This document shows, piece by piece, positions 21,440 to 31,615 of a stretch of 64,000 bases of DNA. Source of the DNA: Alphaproteobacteria bacterium (lineage in GTDB: Bacteria > Pseudomonadota > Alphaproteobacteria > CALMVH01); contig CBDAQZ010000001.1 in NCBI GenBank assembly GCA_965199335.1, forward strand, positions 71,102 through 135,101, written 5' to 3'. The translations under genes and the position numbers were made by a program. Every line of letters begins with the position of its first letter. The stretch's first letter is position 1. The notes beneath the pieces were generated by a model. The model saw only the letters and a list, made by a program, of their open reading frames with translations. It ran no database searches and was not told where the DNA came from.

Positions 21440-23674
21440 TCATCCGTTCATGTAGGCAGGCAGCCAGCCTTCATGCGCGACGCGCAGATCGTCGAGCGGC
21501 AGGTCCAGCCCTCCGCCTGCCACGAGGCGCGTGCCACCCGTGATCCCGACGATGCGTGCGGGAACGGTGGAATGGGATACAATCTCCATTACGGTATCGG
21601 GGTCGCCGGTCGCGACCACGTAGCATCCCTGGTCCTCGCCGAACAAAACGCCGGCATCGTTCGCAACGATCAGCGCCGCGCCGATATTGCCGGCCAGGCA
21701 CATCTCCGTCACCGCGACCAGCAGGCCGCCATCGGCGATGTCGTGGCAGGCGCTGATCAGGCCGCCCTCGATCAGATCCAGAATGATTTCGCCCGCGGCA
21801 AGCTCCTCGGACAGCTGGACCGGCGGCGGCGCGCCGGCATCGGCCCCTTCGATGCCCAGCACCTCACGCAGATACAGCGACTGGCCCAGATGGCCGGCGG
21901 CATTGCCGATCAGGATCAGCGTTTCACCCTGGCTGCGCAACGCCAGCCCGATGGCCTTGGTCACGTCGGCGATGATGCCGACGCCGCCGATCGCCGGGGT
22001 GGGGGGGATGCCTTCGCCGTCTGTCTCGTTGTAGAGGCTGACATTGCCGGATACGACCGGGAAGTCCAATACGCGGCAGGCCTCGGCCAGGCCCTCGATG
22101 CAGCCGACTAGCTGTCCCATGACATGCGGCTTGGTAGGATTGCCGAAGTTCAGGTTGTCGGTCACCGCCAGCGGCTTTGCGCCCACGGCAACCAGGTTGC
22201 GCCAGGCTTCCGCGACCGCCTGCTTGCCGCCCTCGTACGGATCGGCAAGGCAGTAGCGTGGCGTGCAGTCGGTCGTCATCGCCAGCGCCTTGTTCGACGC
22301 CTCGAGGCCCTCGCCGATACGGACGATGGCGGCGTCGGCTGCGCCCGGGCCCTTGACCGTGTCGCCGCGCACCAGGCTGTCGTACTGCTCGAAGATCCAG
22401 CGTTTGCTGGCAAGGTCGGGGCAGGCCATCAGCCTCAGCAACGCCTTGTCCGCATCGCCCATCATCGGGAATGTGGCAGGATCGATCGGCTCGGGAGACG
22501 GTGTGATCTCGTAGGGGCGATCGTATTTCGGGGCTTCGTCGACCAGCGGGCCCACCGGCATGTCGGCCTCGACCTTGCCATGGCGCTTCAAGACAAGATG
22601 GCCTGTATCCGTGATGCGGCCGATCACCGCGAAATCCAGTTCCCATTTGCGGAACACGGCTTCCGCCATGGCCTCCGAGCCGGGCTTCAGCACCATCAGC
22701 ATGCGTTCCTGACTTTCCGACAGCATCAACTCGTAGGCCGACATGCCGGGTTCGCGCTGCGGCACCAGGTCCAGGTCGATCTCGATGCCGACGCCGCCTT
22801 TGGAAGCCATCTCCACCGATGATGAGGTCAGGCCCGCCGCACCCATGTCCTGGATCGCGATGATCGCATCCATGCCCATCAGTTCCAGGCAGGCTTCCAG
22901 CAGCAGCTTCTCCACAAACGGATCGCCGACCTGGACGGTGGGGCGTTTCTTCTGGGTACCCTTGCCCTCGAAACTGTCCGAAGCCATTACGGCGCCGTGG
23001 ATACCGTCGCGTCCGGTCTTCGATCCGACATAGACGACAGGATTGCCGATACCGGCGGCGGCGGAATAGAAGATGCCGTCCTTCCTGGCGATGCCGACGG
23101 TCATGGCGTTGACCAGGATATTGCCGTTATAGCCCTTGTGGAAATTGGTCTCGCCGCCGACGGTCGGGATGCCCATGCAATTGCCGTAGCCGCCGATACC
23201 GGCGACAACGCCCGACACCAGGTGGCGCGTGCGCGGATGGCTGGGATCGCCGAAGCGCAGCGCGTTCAGGTTGGCGATCGGCCGTGCGCCCATGGTGAAC
23301 ACATCGCGCAAAATGCCGCCGACGCCGGTCGCCGCGCCCTGGTAGGGCTCGATGAAGGACGGATGGTTGTGGCTCTCCATCTTGAACACGGCCACGTCGC
23401 CGTCGCCGATGTCGATCACCCCGGCATTCTCGCCGGGGCCCTGGATGACGTGCGGCCCCCTGGTGGGAAACTTGGCCAGATGGATGCGGCTGGATTTGTA
23501 GCTGCAATGTTCCGACCACATCGCCCCGAAAATGCCGATCTCCGTCAGGCTGGGATCGCGTCCCAGGGCTTTCAGGATGTGCTGGTACTCTTCGCGGGTC
23601 AGCTTGTGCTCCAGCGCGACGGCCTCGTCGACCACGCGTTCGGATACGGGGCGTTCCTTCAGCACGACGTTCAT
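21440..23674 (-). CDS. purL: Phosphoribosylformylglycinamidine synthase subunit II
   Basis: [11 protein letters not shown] and the full-length PurL AIRS/AIRS_C pair are present. The start at 23674 gives an ATGA overlap with the purQ stop. Confidence 0.95.
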   Translation of the reverse strand: MNVVLKERPVSERVVDEAVALEHKLTREEYQHILKALGRDPSLTEIGIFGAMWSEHCSYKSSRIHLAKFPTRGPHVIQGPGENAGVIDIGDGDVAVFKMESHNHPSFIEPYQGAATGVGGILRDVFTMGARPIANLNALRFGDPSHPRTRHLVSGVVAGIGGYGNCMGIPTVGGETNFHKGYNGNILVNAMTVGIARKDGIFYSAAAGIGNPVVYVGSKTGRDGIHGAVMASDSFEGKGTQKKRPTVQVGDPFVEKLLLEACLELMGMDAIIAIQDMGAAGLTSSSVEMASKGGVGIEIDLDLVPQREPGMSAYELMLSESQERMLMVLKPGSEAMAEAVFRKWELDFAVIGRITDTGHLVLKRHGKVEADMPVGPLVDEAPKYDRPYEITPSPEPIDPATFPMMGDADKALLRLMACPDLASKRWIFEQYDSLVRGDTVKGPGAADAAIVRIGEGLEASNKALAMTTDCTPRYCLADPYEGGKQAVAEAWRNLVAVGAKPLAVTDNLNFGNPTKPHVMGQLVGCIEGLAEACRVLDFPVVSGNVSLYNETDGEGIPPTPAIGGVGIIADVTKAIGLALRSQGETLILIGNAAGHLGQSLYLREVLGIEGADAGAPPPVQLSEELAAGEIILDLIEGGLISACHDIADGGLLVAVTEMCLAGNIGAALIVANDAGVLFGEDQGCYVVATGDPDTVMEIVSHSTVPARIVGITGGTRLVAGGGLDLPLDDLRVAHEGWLPAYMNG

Positions 23675-24363
23675 GCGGCGATCCTTTCGCACAGACCGGA
23701 AAAGAAGTTCGCGCCGTCGGTATTGCCGTGCAGCGCCTCCACGGCATCCTCGGGATGCGGCATCAGGCCCAGGATGCGACCGCTTTCGTCATACACGCCA
23801 GCGATATTGTCGACCGAGCCGTTGGCATTGCCGGCATGGTCCGTCGATCCGTCCGCGTTGCAATAGCGGAAAGCCACCTGGCCGTTGCCGGTCACGCGCT
23901 TTAATGTCTCGGGATCGGCGCTGTAATTGCCGTCGGCATGGGCGATGGGAACGCGGATCACCTCGTCCTGGCTGTAAGCATACGTGAAGATGGTGTCGCT
24001 GCGCTCGACCCGCAGATGCACCATGCGGCACTGGAACTTCAGGGCGGCATTGCGCATCAGCGCGCCGGGCAGCAACCCCGATTCCACCAGGATCTGGAAA
24101 CCGTTGCAGATACCCAGTACCGGCACGCCGCGGGCGGCCTGTTCCCGCACCGCCTTCATGATCGGCGAATGGGCCGCGATCGCGCCGCTGCGCAGGTAGT
24201 CGCCGTAGGAAAACCCACCGGGCAGCACGATCAGGTCGCTGGCGGGCAGGGCGGTATCCTGGTGCCACACGATGCCGGGCGTATGGCCGGACGCCTGTTT
24301 CAGGGCGCGGGCAACGTCGCGCTCGCGGTTCGAGCCGGGAAAAACGATGATCGAGGTTTTCAT
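23671..24363 (-). CDS. purQ: Phosphoribosylformylglycinamidine synthase subunit I (glutaminase)
   Basis: Class I GATase with GICNGFQ and HPE. Confidence 0.95.
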   Translation of the reverse strand: MKTSIIVFPGSNRERDVARALKQASGHTPGIVWHQDTALPASDLIVLPGGFSYGDYLRSGAIAAHSPIMKAVREQAARGVPVLGICNGFQILVESGLLPGALMRNAALKFQCRMVHLRVERSDTIFTYAYSQDEVIRVPIAHADGNYSADPETLKRVTGNGQVAFRYCNADGSTDHAGNANGSVDNIAGVYDESGRILGLMPHPEDAVEALHGNTDGANFFSGLCERIAA

Positions 24364-24466
24364 CTACCCTTTATACAAGAGCCTTCCTGTTCTGCAACGC
24401 TCGGACATTGCTGGAGCATGGTTGCGCCGGTATGGTCGGTTACATTGGCCAATGGCGGAGACTGAA

Positions 24467-24973
24467 ATGGGCAGGTTCAATTCGGACAGGGTCGATTCCG
24501 AGAAAATTGGCGAGAATACGCGCATCTGGGGCGTCGCACGGGTCCTGCCGGGAGCCGTTATAGGCTCGAACTGCAACATCAACGACTTCGTTTTTATCGA
24601 GAACGACGTGGTCATCGGCGATAACGTGACCGTCAAATGCGGTGTCCAGCTATGGGACGGCACTCGGATCGAGGACAACGTGATGATCGGCCCTAATGTC
24701 ACGTTCACCAATGACAAATATCCGGTCAGCGGCAACCGCGACTACAAGATGGAAGGGATTACCATACGAAAAGGGGCATCCGTAGGCGGTGGCGCGGTGT
24801 TGCTGCCGGGTATCGAAATCGGGGCAGGCGCGCTAGTGGGCGCCGGTGCGGTCGTAACCAGGAATGTGCCGGATTTTGCGGTAGTCATCGGCAATCCGGC
24901 TCGGATTACAGGTACCGTGGACCAGCTCATAGGCCACACCCGAGCCGGGCAAAAGGTTAACGAGCCGATTTGA
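24467..24973 (+). CDS. Left-handed beta-helix (hexapeptide-repeat) acyltransferase, WxcM/FdtC-like sugar N-acetyltransferase
   Basis: Hexapeptide repeats [36 protein letters not shown] motif sits 6 nt before the ATG at 24467. The ORF-track start at 24272 is an upstream extension. Confidence 0.75.
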   Translation: MGRFNSDRVDSEKIGENTRIWGVARVLPGAVIGSNCNINDFVFIENDVVIGDNVTVKCGVQLWDGTRIEDNVMIGPNVTFTNDKYPVSGNRDYKMEGITIRKGASVGGGAVLLPGIEIGAGALVGAGAVVTRNVPDFAVVIGNPARITGTVDQLIGHTRAGQKVNEPI

Positions 24974-25064
24974 CGTTCCAACCTGCGTCATTGTCACCGG
25001 GTCCCTGCCTTGCTATACCCGCGCTTCACGCTGCACTATGCAGCCATACCCACGGAAATGCGGA

Positions 25065-25832
25065 ATGATGTCACGACGCCGCCGGATATATGAAGGCAAG
25101 GCCAAGATCCTGTTTGAAGGCCCGGAGCCGGGAACGCTGATCCAGTATTTCAAGGATGACGCGACCGCCTTCAACAACCAGAAAAAGGGCACGATCTCTG
25201 GCAAGGGAGCGCTCAACAACCGCATCTCCGCCCATTTGATGACCAAGCTGGGCGAGATCGGCATACCGCACGCCTTCGTGCGCCGGATCAACATGCGCGA
25301 GCAGCTAATCAAGGAAGTCGAGATCATCCCGGTCGAGGTCGTGGTTCGCAACGTCGCCGCCGGCACGTTCTGCAAGCGCTACGGCCTGGAGGAGGGCGCA
25401 CCGCTGCCCCGGCCGATCTTCGAGTTCTTCTACAAGAAGGACGAACTCGGCGACCCGCTGGTTTCCGAGGAACACATCACTGCGTTCGGCTGGGCCAACA
25501 TCCAGGAGCTGGACGACATGATGGCGCTGACCGTGCGCATCAACGATTACCTGACCGGCCTGTTCACGGGCGTCGGCCTGCGTCTGATCGATTTCAAGCT
25601 TGAATTCGGCCGCCTGTGGACGACTGAGGACATGCGTATCGTCCTGGCCGACGAGATCAGCCCCGATACCTGCCGCCTGTGGGACGCGGTGACCGGCGAG
25701 AAAATGGACAAGGACCGTTTCCGCCAGGATCTCGGCAAGGTCGAGGAAGGCTATCAGGAAGTCGCCAAGCGTCTTGGCATCTTCAGCGAGGATCTGCTGA
25801 CGGAGCAGACCGGTCCTAAACTGGTGAAATAA
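25065..25832 (+). CDS. purC: Phosphoribosylaminoimidazole-succinocarboxamide synthase
   Basis: [26 protein letters not shown] is the canonical alphaproteobacterial PurC N-terminus. Confidence 0.95.
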   Translation: MMSRRRRIYEGKAKILFEGPEPGTLIQYFKDDATAFNNQKKGTISGKGALNNRISAHLMTKLGEIGIPHAFVRRINMREQLIKEVEIIPVEVVVRNVAAGTFCKRYGLEEGAPLPRPIFEFFYKKDELGDPLVSEEHITAFGWANIQELDDMMALTVRINDYLTGLFTGVGLRLIDFKLEFGRLWTTEDMRIVLADEISPDTCRLWDAVTGEKMDKDRFRQDLGKVEEGYQEVAKRLGIFSEDLLTEQTGPKLVK

Positions 25833-25846
25833 GGGTTGTCAGGAAG

Positions 25847-26092
25847 ATGAAAGCCATCGTTCACGTATCGCTCAAGCAAGGTGTCCTCGATCCCCAGGGC
25901 AAGGCCATCGGCCATGCCCTGACCGGGTTCGGCTTCGACAAGGTCGAGGAGGTGCGCCAGGGCAAGTATTTCGAGCTGACCCTGGCCGACGGCACCAGCA
26001 AGAGCGATGCGGAGGAGCAGGTGGGCCGCATGTGCGATATGCTGCTGGCCAACACCGTGATCGAGGATTACCGGGTCGAGATCGGCGAATAA
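25847..26092 (+). CDS. purS: Phosphoribosylformylglycinamidine synthase subunit PurS
   Basis: 81 aa, starting MKAIVHVSLKQGVLDPQGKAI. Confidence 0.95.
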   Translation: MKAIVHVSLKQGVLDPQGKAIGHALTGFGFDKVEEVRQGKYFELTLADGTSKSDAEEQVGRMCDMLLANTVIEDYRVEIGE

Positions 26093-26096
26093 AGGC

Positions 26097-26957
26097 CTAG
26101 ATCAGGTCGAAGCGTTTTATCAGCGTATCGACGTTGCGGCAGACCTCGAATGTTTCGCCACCGCGCGCCAGGTAGTGGTACCTGACCTTCGGCAGGGCCG
26201 GGTCGTAAAGCGACAGGAGCTCGGGCTGGAAGGTGAATTGCAGATGGTCGGAGAACGCCCATTTGGTAACGGCGTTCAGATATAGCCGGCTCATTCTAAG
26301 CTGTTCCCGCTGCTCGGGAGTCAGCGCGGTTTGTCCGGGGGCGATCTTCAGGGCCGGAAACGTATGCCCGAAATTGATCGAGGCCGGATCGGTCACGCTG
26401 TAGACCATGTTGCGGCACCCCGCGCGGGCGAATGCCGTGTTGGCGGCAAAAACCAAATCGAACGACGTCTCGTATTTCCCGGCCTCAAGCTCATCTACCA
26501 AACCCTTGGTAACGTTGTATGTGCTCTTGAAATGCTCCCGGACTGCCGGGTTCGAGCCGAAATACAGCGTCAGGGAGACGTCACCGGGCAGGCCGTCGGC
26601 CAGTCCCACCGGCGAGGCATAGGCAAAGAATACGTCGTTGCGCCAGTCGACCATGCGGCTGCTGGACCAGTATTTCTGTTCGCGCAACGAGCGACAATTG
26701 CTGCGATCGCCGAACAGGATCGCCATGCCCTGCGGCGGCGGTGAATACCAGCCATCCGCCAGCACGTAGGGCTTCGCTGCCATGCGATGAAACCACTCGT
26801 CGTGAAACTTCTTTTCGCTGATGCCGCTTTTGCCGATCAGATCGTCCAGGGTTTCCGTAAGGGCTTCCATGGCCAGTACGCGCGTTACGTTGAAGCTTGG
26901 CATGTCCACACAGTGACATATGGTTGCACAGACGCAAGTCGCGTGGTTATTGAACAT
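26097..26957 (-). CDS. Hypothetical protein (no family recognised); start uncertain (26957, 26903 or later)
   Basis: 286-aa ORF with protein-like composition after residue about 19. It is convergent with purS and divergent from the alkA-like gene. Confidence 0.45.
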   Translation of the reverse strand: MFNNHATCVCATICHCVDMPSFNVTRVLAMEALTETLDDLIGKSGISEKKFHDEWFHRMAAKPYVLADGWYSPPPQGMAILFGDRSNCRSLREQKYWSSSRMVDWRNDVFFAYASPVGLADGLPGDVSLTLYFGSNPAVREHFKSTYNVTKGLVDELEAGKYETSFDLVFAANTAFARAGCRNMVYSVTDPASINFGHTFPALKIAPGQTALTPEQREQLRMSRLYLNAVTKWAFSDHLQFTFQPELLSLYDPALPKVRYHYLARGGETFEVCRNVDTLIKRFDLI

Positions 26958-27599
26958 ATGTTGCTGTCCGAAGTTCCTGAAATTGCTGAAGGTATTCTGA
27001 ATCTGGCCGCAACCGAGCCCGGTTTTGCAACGGCGCTTGCGGAAAACGGCCCGCTGCGATTCGAATTGAAGGCCGGTGGCTTTACAGGTTTGTTGCGGGT
27101 CATACTGGGGCAGCAGGTGTCGGTGCTGGCGGCAGATGCGATCTGGCGCAAGATCAGCGCCGCCATGCCGATAGTTTCACCCGCTGCGATGGTCGAAGTC
27201 GATGACGATGTGTTGCGAGGATGCGGCTTCAGCCGGCAGAAGATACGCTATACCAAAGGGCTGGCCGCCGATATCCTGTCCGGCGCCCTCGATCTCGATG
27301 GCCTGTCGCGGCTTGATGACGAAGCGGCGATCGCCGCCATCACGAAATGCATCGGGCTCGGTCGTTGGACGGCCGAGAATTATCTGCTGTTCTGCGAGGG
27401 CAGGTCCGATCTGTTTCCCGCCAAGGATTTGGCCATATTGATCGGCATGCAGATGTTGTCCGGTGCGCCGGTACGGCCAACGCATACCGAAGCCTGGGCC
27501 CAGGCCGAACGCTGGCGGCCGCATCGCAGCGCCGCCACACTGCTGATCTGGCATCATTACATCGGCATGGTGGCAAGGCGGAAGAAGGTCAGGGCGTAA
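26958..27599 (+). CDS. HhH-GPD superfamily DNA glycosylase (AlkA-like 3-methyladenine DNA glycosylase II)
   Basis: LLRVILGQQVSVLAADAIW and the HhH-GPD motif IGLGRWTAENYLLF are present. The ORF-track start at 26787 is an upstream extension overlapping the divergent gene. Confidence 0.75.
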   Translation: MLLSEVPEIAEGILNLAATEPGFATALAENGPLRFELKAGGFTGLLRVILGQQVSVLAADAIWRKISAAMPIVSPAAMVEVDDDVLRGCGFSRQKIRYTKGLAADILSGALDLDGLSRLDDEAAIAAITKCIGLGRWTAENYLLFCEGRSDLFPAKDLAILIGMQMLSGAPVRPTHTEAWAQAERWRPHRSAATLLIWHHYIGMVARRKKVRA

Positions 27600-27651
27600 G
27601 GAACCGACCGGCGCACCAACTGTTCTGTTATGACTGTCAAAAGGAAGCGCC

Positions 27652-27981
27652 ATGCCCCGCATCGTCGACGAAGCCATCGATTACCTGACCGAGCGCAATA
27701 CGCATATCCCGCCGGTGATTTCGATACTGGCACTGATCGGCCTTGGCCGCGTCGCCCGGCTGGCGTCTCTTGGCCTGGCTGCCTTGTGGGTCGCCGACCA
27801 GGTGCGGAACATCGACCGTGACCGCGCGCATACGAACCCCAAGAAACAGGAAGATCGCATGGTGGATACCGCCATGGAGGATTCCTTTCCAGCCAGCGAC
27901 CCGCCATCCTACAGCGGCACGGTCGCCACCGGCGCGCCTGAAGAAGTATCGAGCGTCGTGCAACTGCGCACGGTTCACTGA
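27652..27981 (+). CDS. Hypothetical small membrane protein (conserved DSFPASDPPS-type C-terminal motif)
   Basis: 109 aa, with one TM segment. The overlapping minus ORFs are junk. Support is weak. Confidence 0.35.
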   Translation: MPRIVDEAIDYLTERNTHIPPVISILALIGLGRVARLASLGLAALWVADQVRNIDRDRAHTNPKKQEDRMVDTAMEDSFPASDPPSYSGTVATGAPEEVSSVVQLRTVH

Positions 27982-28740
27982 CTAAGGCGCGAACTGCTCC
28001 TTCAGGATGCGTTCCTGAAGCGTGTGATGCGGGTCGAACAGGATGGTCAAATTGATCGCATGATCCTGCACGATCTCGACTGAAGCAACTTCGCGTACCT
28101 CGGTCACGCCGGCTACGGCACTGACCGGTCTTTTGTCGGGCTCATGGATTTCCACATTGATCGTGACCTGGTTCATCAGCAATGCTCCGCGCCAGCGCCG
28201 GGGACGAAACGCGCTGATCGGGGTAAGCGCCAGCAGGTTCGAGCCTAAGGGGATAACGGGGCCGCCTACGGACAGGTTATAGGCTGTACTGCCGGCAGGT
28301 GTTGCACACAGGACACCGTCGCAGATCAGTTCGGGAATACGCGCAACGCCATCGATGGTCACGCGCAACTTCGCCGCCTGACGCGTTTCGCGCAGAAGTG
28401 AAACCTCGTTCATCGCCAGTGCGGTTACGACTTCGCCCTGATAACGTGTCGCGATCATTTTCAACGGGTGGAGGGTCAAGGCCTGCGCCGTTTCCACGCG
28501 CTCCAGCAGGTTATCCTCGTCGTATTCGTTGAGCAGAAAACCAAGCGTTCCACGGTTCATGCCATAGACCGGAATGTTATCGCCCATGAACCTGTGCTGG
28601 ACTTCCAGCATCAGACCATCGCCTCCAAGTGCGACGATGCGATCGGCATCTTCGGGGGCGCAACCGCCGTAACGGGCTTCGAGCCGTTCCTTCGCGGCTT
28701 TCGCATGATCCGCATCGGAGGCGATGAACCCGATTTTCAC
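27982..28740 (-). CDS. nadK: NAD kinase
   Basis: VKIGFIASD...GGDGLML...NEVS...[15 protein letters not shown] are NadK motifs. The GTG start at 28740 overlaps the pyrE TAG stop (taGTG). The 391-aa ORF in the track is an upstream read-through extension. Confidence 0.85.
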   Translation of the reverse strand: MKIGFIASDADHAKAAKERLEARYGGCAPEDADRIVALGGDGLMLEVQHRFMGDNIPVYGMNRGTLGFLLNEYDEDNLLERVETAQALTLHPLKMIATRYQGEVVTALAMNEVSLLRETRQAAKLRVTIDGVARIPELICDGVLCATPAGSTAYNLSVGGPVIPLGSNLLALTPISAFRPRRWRGALLMNQVTINVEIHEPDKRPVSAVAGVTEVREVASVEIVQDHAINLTILFDPHHTLQERILKEQFAP

Positions 28741-29435
28741 TAGGCTTCGACCGATTCCCGGCCGCCATGCGCCGCCGACCACAATATGGGATCGTGCAGG
28801 AACAGTTCGACCTCGGCCAGGGTATTGGTGTCGAACCGTTTCTCCGCTTTGGCGACGGCCAGAACATCCCACCAGGTGCAGAGGTGGTGCAGCTTCAGCC
28901 CGCCCGCCTTCAATTGCGCCTCGGCGCCTTCGTAAATGCCGTAGAAGAATACCGAGAAGGCATGATCGACGACCGCGCCGGCGCTGCGCAAAACTTCGGC
29001 GAAGGTGATCTTGCTCTTGCCGTCGGTGGCCAGATCCTCGACCAGCAGAACGCGGCTGCCTTCCTCCACCACGCCTTCGATCTGCGCCATACGCCCGAAA
29101 CCCTTCGGTTTCTTGCGGATATACTGCATCGGCAGGCCCATGCGGTCGGCGATCCATGCCGCATAGGGAATACCGGCGGTCTCGCCGCCGGCGATCGAAT
29201 CGATCGAGCCGAACGGCACGTTGGCCAGGATGGTCGAAACGGCGAAGCTGGACACCATGGAGCGCACATCGGGATAGGCGATGATCTTGCGGCAGTCGAT
29301 ATAGACCGGGCTGGCCCAGCCGGAGGTGAAGATAAAGGGCTTGTCGACGTTGAACAGCACCGCCTCGATATCCAGAAGGGCCTTTGCGGTCAGCCGCGCC
29401 ATCAGTGCGGGATCGGTGAAGCCGGGAACGATCAT
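28740..29435 (-). CDS. pyrE: Orotate phosphoribosyltransferase
   Basis: [15 protein letters not shown]...[12 protein letters not shown] are PyrE motifs. A GGAGG ribosome-binding site lies 5 nt upstream of the ATG at 29435. The track ORF is extended upstream by read-through. Confidence 0.9.
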   Translation of the reverse strand: MIVPGFTDPALMARLTAKALLDIEAVLFNVDKPFIFTSGWASPVYIDCRKIIAYPDVRSMVSSFAVSTILANVPFGSIDSIAGGETAGIPYAAWIADRMGLPMQYIRKKPKGFGRMAQIEGVVEEGSRVLLVEDLATDGKSKITFAEVLRSAGAVVDHAFSVFFYGIYEGAEAQLKAGGLKLHHLCTWWDVLAVAKAEKRFDTNTLAEVELFLHDPILWSAAHGGRESVEA

Positions 29436-29650
29436 TCTGCCTCCATCATGCGCCAGTTCAGGGTCTCGCCGGCGCGGAATGGTTGGATCATATCGCCCGT
29501 CGCGCCAACGGCAATAGATTCCGGTATCGGCAGAGGTTCGCGACGCAGGGTAACGGTGCCATGGTTCAGGGGCAGGCCGTAATACCGGGCGCCGTTCTCG
29601 CTGGCATGCACATGCCAGTCGTCGGGGCGGCGGATGGTAAGTTCGGTCAT
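29432..29650 (-). pseudogene. pyrC: In-frame internal-deletion remnant of homodimeric (type II) dihydroorotase; keeps only the N-terminal ~15 and C-terminal ~55 residues
   Basis: The 72-aa ORF is [15 protein letters not shown]|[55 protein letters not shown]. The N-terminus aligns to E. coli PyrC ..[15 protein letters not shown]. The C-terminus aligns to ..[48 protein letters not shown]. All catalytic-core residues are missing. It makes ATGA overlaps with both the upstream WaaL-like stop and the pyrE start. Confidence 0.6.
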
Positions 29651-30798
29651 GGGTTTTCCGTACGTCGTGCGGCGAGCAGAAGCATCGAAGTGAGAAGGGC
29701 GAGGCAGGCCAGCCACCAGCCCTGCCAGATACCAAAGGCAAAGGCGGCGACGGCCAGCGCGCCGGCGGATACCGCCAGCGCGAACATGCGCGGGATACGA
29801 TCGAGCTGGCCAATTTTCTCGAACAGCCTGACCATGAAATACAGCGTCGCGCAGACCCCGACAAAGCCGAGCTCAAGCCATATCTGCAGGAAGAAATCGT
29901 GCGGATGCAGTGGCGGCGTGTTGCCGCCCAGCGGCAGGAAATCGGGCGGCAGGTCGGCGGTCGGGATCGCGCGCGACCCCTCTAGGCCCAGCCCTACAAG
30001 CGGCCAGTGTAGGATGCGGTCGGCGGTGAAATGCCAGATCTGGATGCGATGACGAAAGGAGAATTGCAGGCTTTCCTTCTGGTCCAGCCCCCATTTGGTC
30101 AGCAGCAGGCCGACCGGAATCGCCAGCGCAAAGCCCGCGGTGGTGATAGCCGACAGGCCGCGCTGTACGAGTTTCGGCGCCAGCCACGCCACCCCGAACG
30201 TCACAATCCCGAGTACCATGCCGACCATCGCCGAATGGCTTTGCAGGAAAAGGATGCCCACGGTGTAAAGGCCCAGCATCGCCAGTGCCGACCAGCGCAT
30301 GCCCTCGCGAAAACGCACCAGCGCGGCAGGCCATAGGAAAAGGGAGAAACATACGACCTCGCGGTCATAGGCGTTGACCGGGATCGTAGGCCAGTGCTTG
30401 TGCATATGCTTGATCGGGCCGCCCAGCGCGATATCGCCAAGGCATATCAGCAGGCCGAAAAGCAGGCTGAACAACAGGGCCCGCTGGGAGATCAGCACGT
30501 CGCGCACCGGCATGCCGCGAATGGCAACCGGGATGACCAGGGCCGAGGCGGCGATTGCAATCAACTCAGGCAATTTCTCCCATGCCATGATACCGGCCTT
30601 TGCCCACAGGCAGGACGCCGCCGCCCATGCCAGCAGTACGCCCAGGGCAATTGTCAGCGTACGATCCGGCACCGGCCAGCGCTGGTGGTCCAGACGGTAG
30701 GTGATCAGCGATCCCAGCCCCAGCACGAACAGCAGCGGTGCAAGGCCCAGCGGGTCCAGACCGCAGATCGGACCGATCAGGACGCACGCGCCCGTCAT
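29647..30798 (-). CDS. O-antigen ligase (WaaL)/Wzy_C-family integral membrane protein
   Basis: About 10 TM helices and the [14 protein letters not shown] motif (H-[NH]-x-[FY]-L-Q-x3-E-x-G of Wzy_C). Alternative starts are 30831 and 30858. Confidence 0.8.
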   Translation of the reverse strand: MTGACVLIGPICGLDPLGLAPLLFVLGLGSLITYRLDHQRWPVPDRTLTIALGVLLAWAAASCLWAKAGIMAWEKLPELIAIAASALVIPVAIRGMPVRDVLISQRALLFSLLFGLLICLGDIALGGPIKHMHKHWPTIPVNAYDREVVCFSLFLWPAALVRFREGMRWSALAMLGLYTVGILFLQSHSAMVGMVLGIVTFGVAWLAPKLVQRGLSAITTAGFALAIPVGLLLTKWGLDQKESLQFSFRHRIQIWHFTADRILHWPLVGLGLEGSRAIPTADLPPDFLPLGGNTPPLHPHDFFLQIWLELGFVGVCATLYFMVRLFEKIGQLDRIPRMFALAVSAGALAVAAFAFGIWQGWWLACLALLTSMLLLAARRTENP

Positions 30799-30811
30799 CA
30801 GATAACCGGTT

Positions 30812-31615
30812 TTACTTTGTATTCTGGGCATCTTTGGAGTCCGATTGCAGCAGCGCACGCGCCTTGATGCAGGTCAATAGCGGATAGAGGGCGGAGAACA
30901 GGGCGAGCGCCAGGCCGTAGACGCCTTCGCGGTAGCCCCGGCGGCTGAGATAGGATTTGTAGAAGCGTCCGAACACACGCCTTGTCGTCGCCCATTTACC
31001 GGGTATCTGGCCGGTCATTACCGCCTGTCGCGCGGCCAGGCTGGTGTAGCGGTTCAGGCGAGCATACATGTCGTCCAGGTCGTCGTCGACGAAATGGTCG
31101 ATGCCGTTGACCAGGCGGATGCGCGGGCCGGTCATCGTGACCTTGGGATGCACTAGGTCCTGGCCCCAGATCTTGTTGCCCTTGTAGAACAGGCAGCTTT
31201 TCGCGCCGACGCCGTTATAGGCGCCCCAGCCATGGCGAATCAGCCGGCCGCCGACATAGTTGTTGAAGGGAATGCCGAATACGCCCGGCTCGGCTGTCGG
31301 CAATACGGATTTGATTTCCTGCGCCAGTTCCGGCGTCACGCGCTCGTCGGCGTCCAGCTCGATGATCCAGGGGCCGGCGCAGGCGTCGATGCCGGCCATG
31401 CGGCGGCTGCCCTCGTTCGGCCATGCGCCCTCGACCAGCCTTGCCTTGTATTCGAGGGCGATGGCGCGCGTGCGGTCGGTGCAGCGGTCCAGCACCACGA
31501 CGATTTCGTCGGCGAAGGCGACGCTGTCGAGGCAGGCGGTCAGGCGAGCCTCCTCGTTGTGCGCCACGATCAGCGCCGTCAGTGTTGTGGATGTCATGTG
31601 TGCGTCTTCTGCCAT
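30812..31615 (-). CDS. Family 2 glycosyltransferase (LPS core biosynthesis type)
   Basis: GT-A fold with LIVAHNEEARL...ELDADE (DXD). Confidence 0.85.
   Translation of the reverse strand: MAEDAHMTSTTLTALIVAHNEEARLTACLDSVAFADEIVVVLDRCTDRTRAIALEYKARLVEGAWPNEGSRRMAGIDACAGPWIIELDADERVTPELAQEIKSVLPTAEPGVFGIPFNNYVGGRLIRHGWGAYNGVGAKSCLFYKGNKIWGQDLVHPKVTMTGPRIRLVNGIDHFVDDDLDDMYARLNRYTSLAARQAVMTGQIPGKWATTRRVFGRFYKSYLSRRGYREGVYGLALALFSALYPLLTCIKARALLQSDSKDAQNTK

Noticed and set aside
27982-29157. 391-aa ORF appearing to fuse an N-terminal R-rich region to NAD kinase; likewise 28740-29876 and 49015-49974
   Set aside because: The N-terminal parts are read-through of the upstream gene in another frame (R/P-rich, no ribosome-binding site). 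The true starts are GTG 28740 for nadK, ATG 29435 (with GGAGG) for pyrE, and the signal-peptide ORF 49949 for the OMP.
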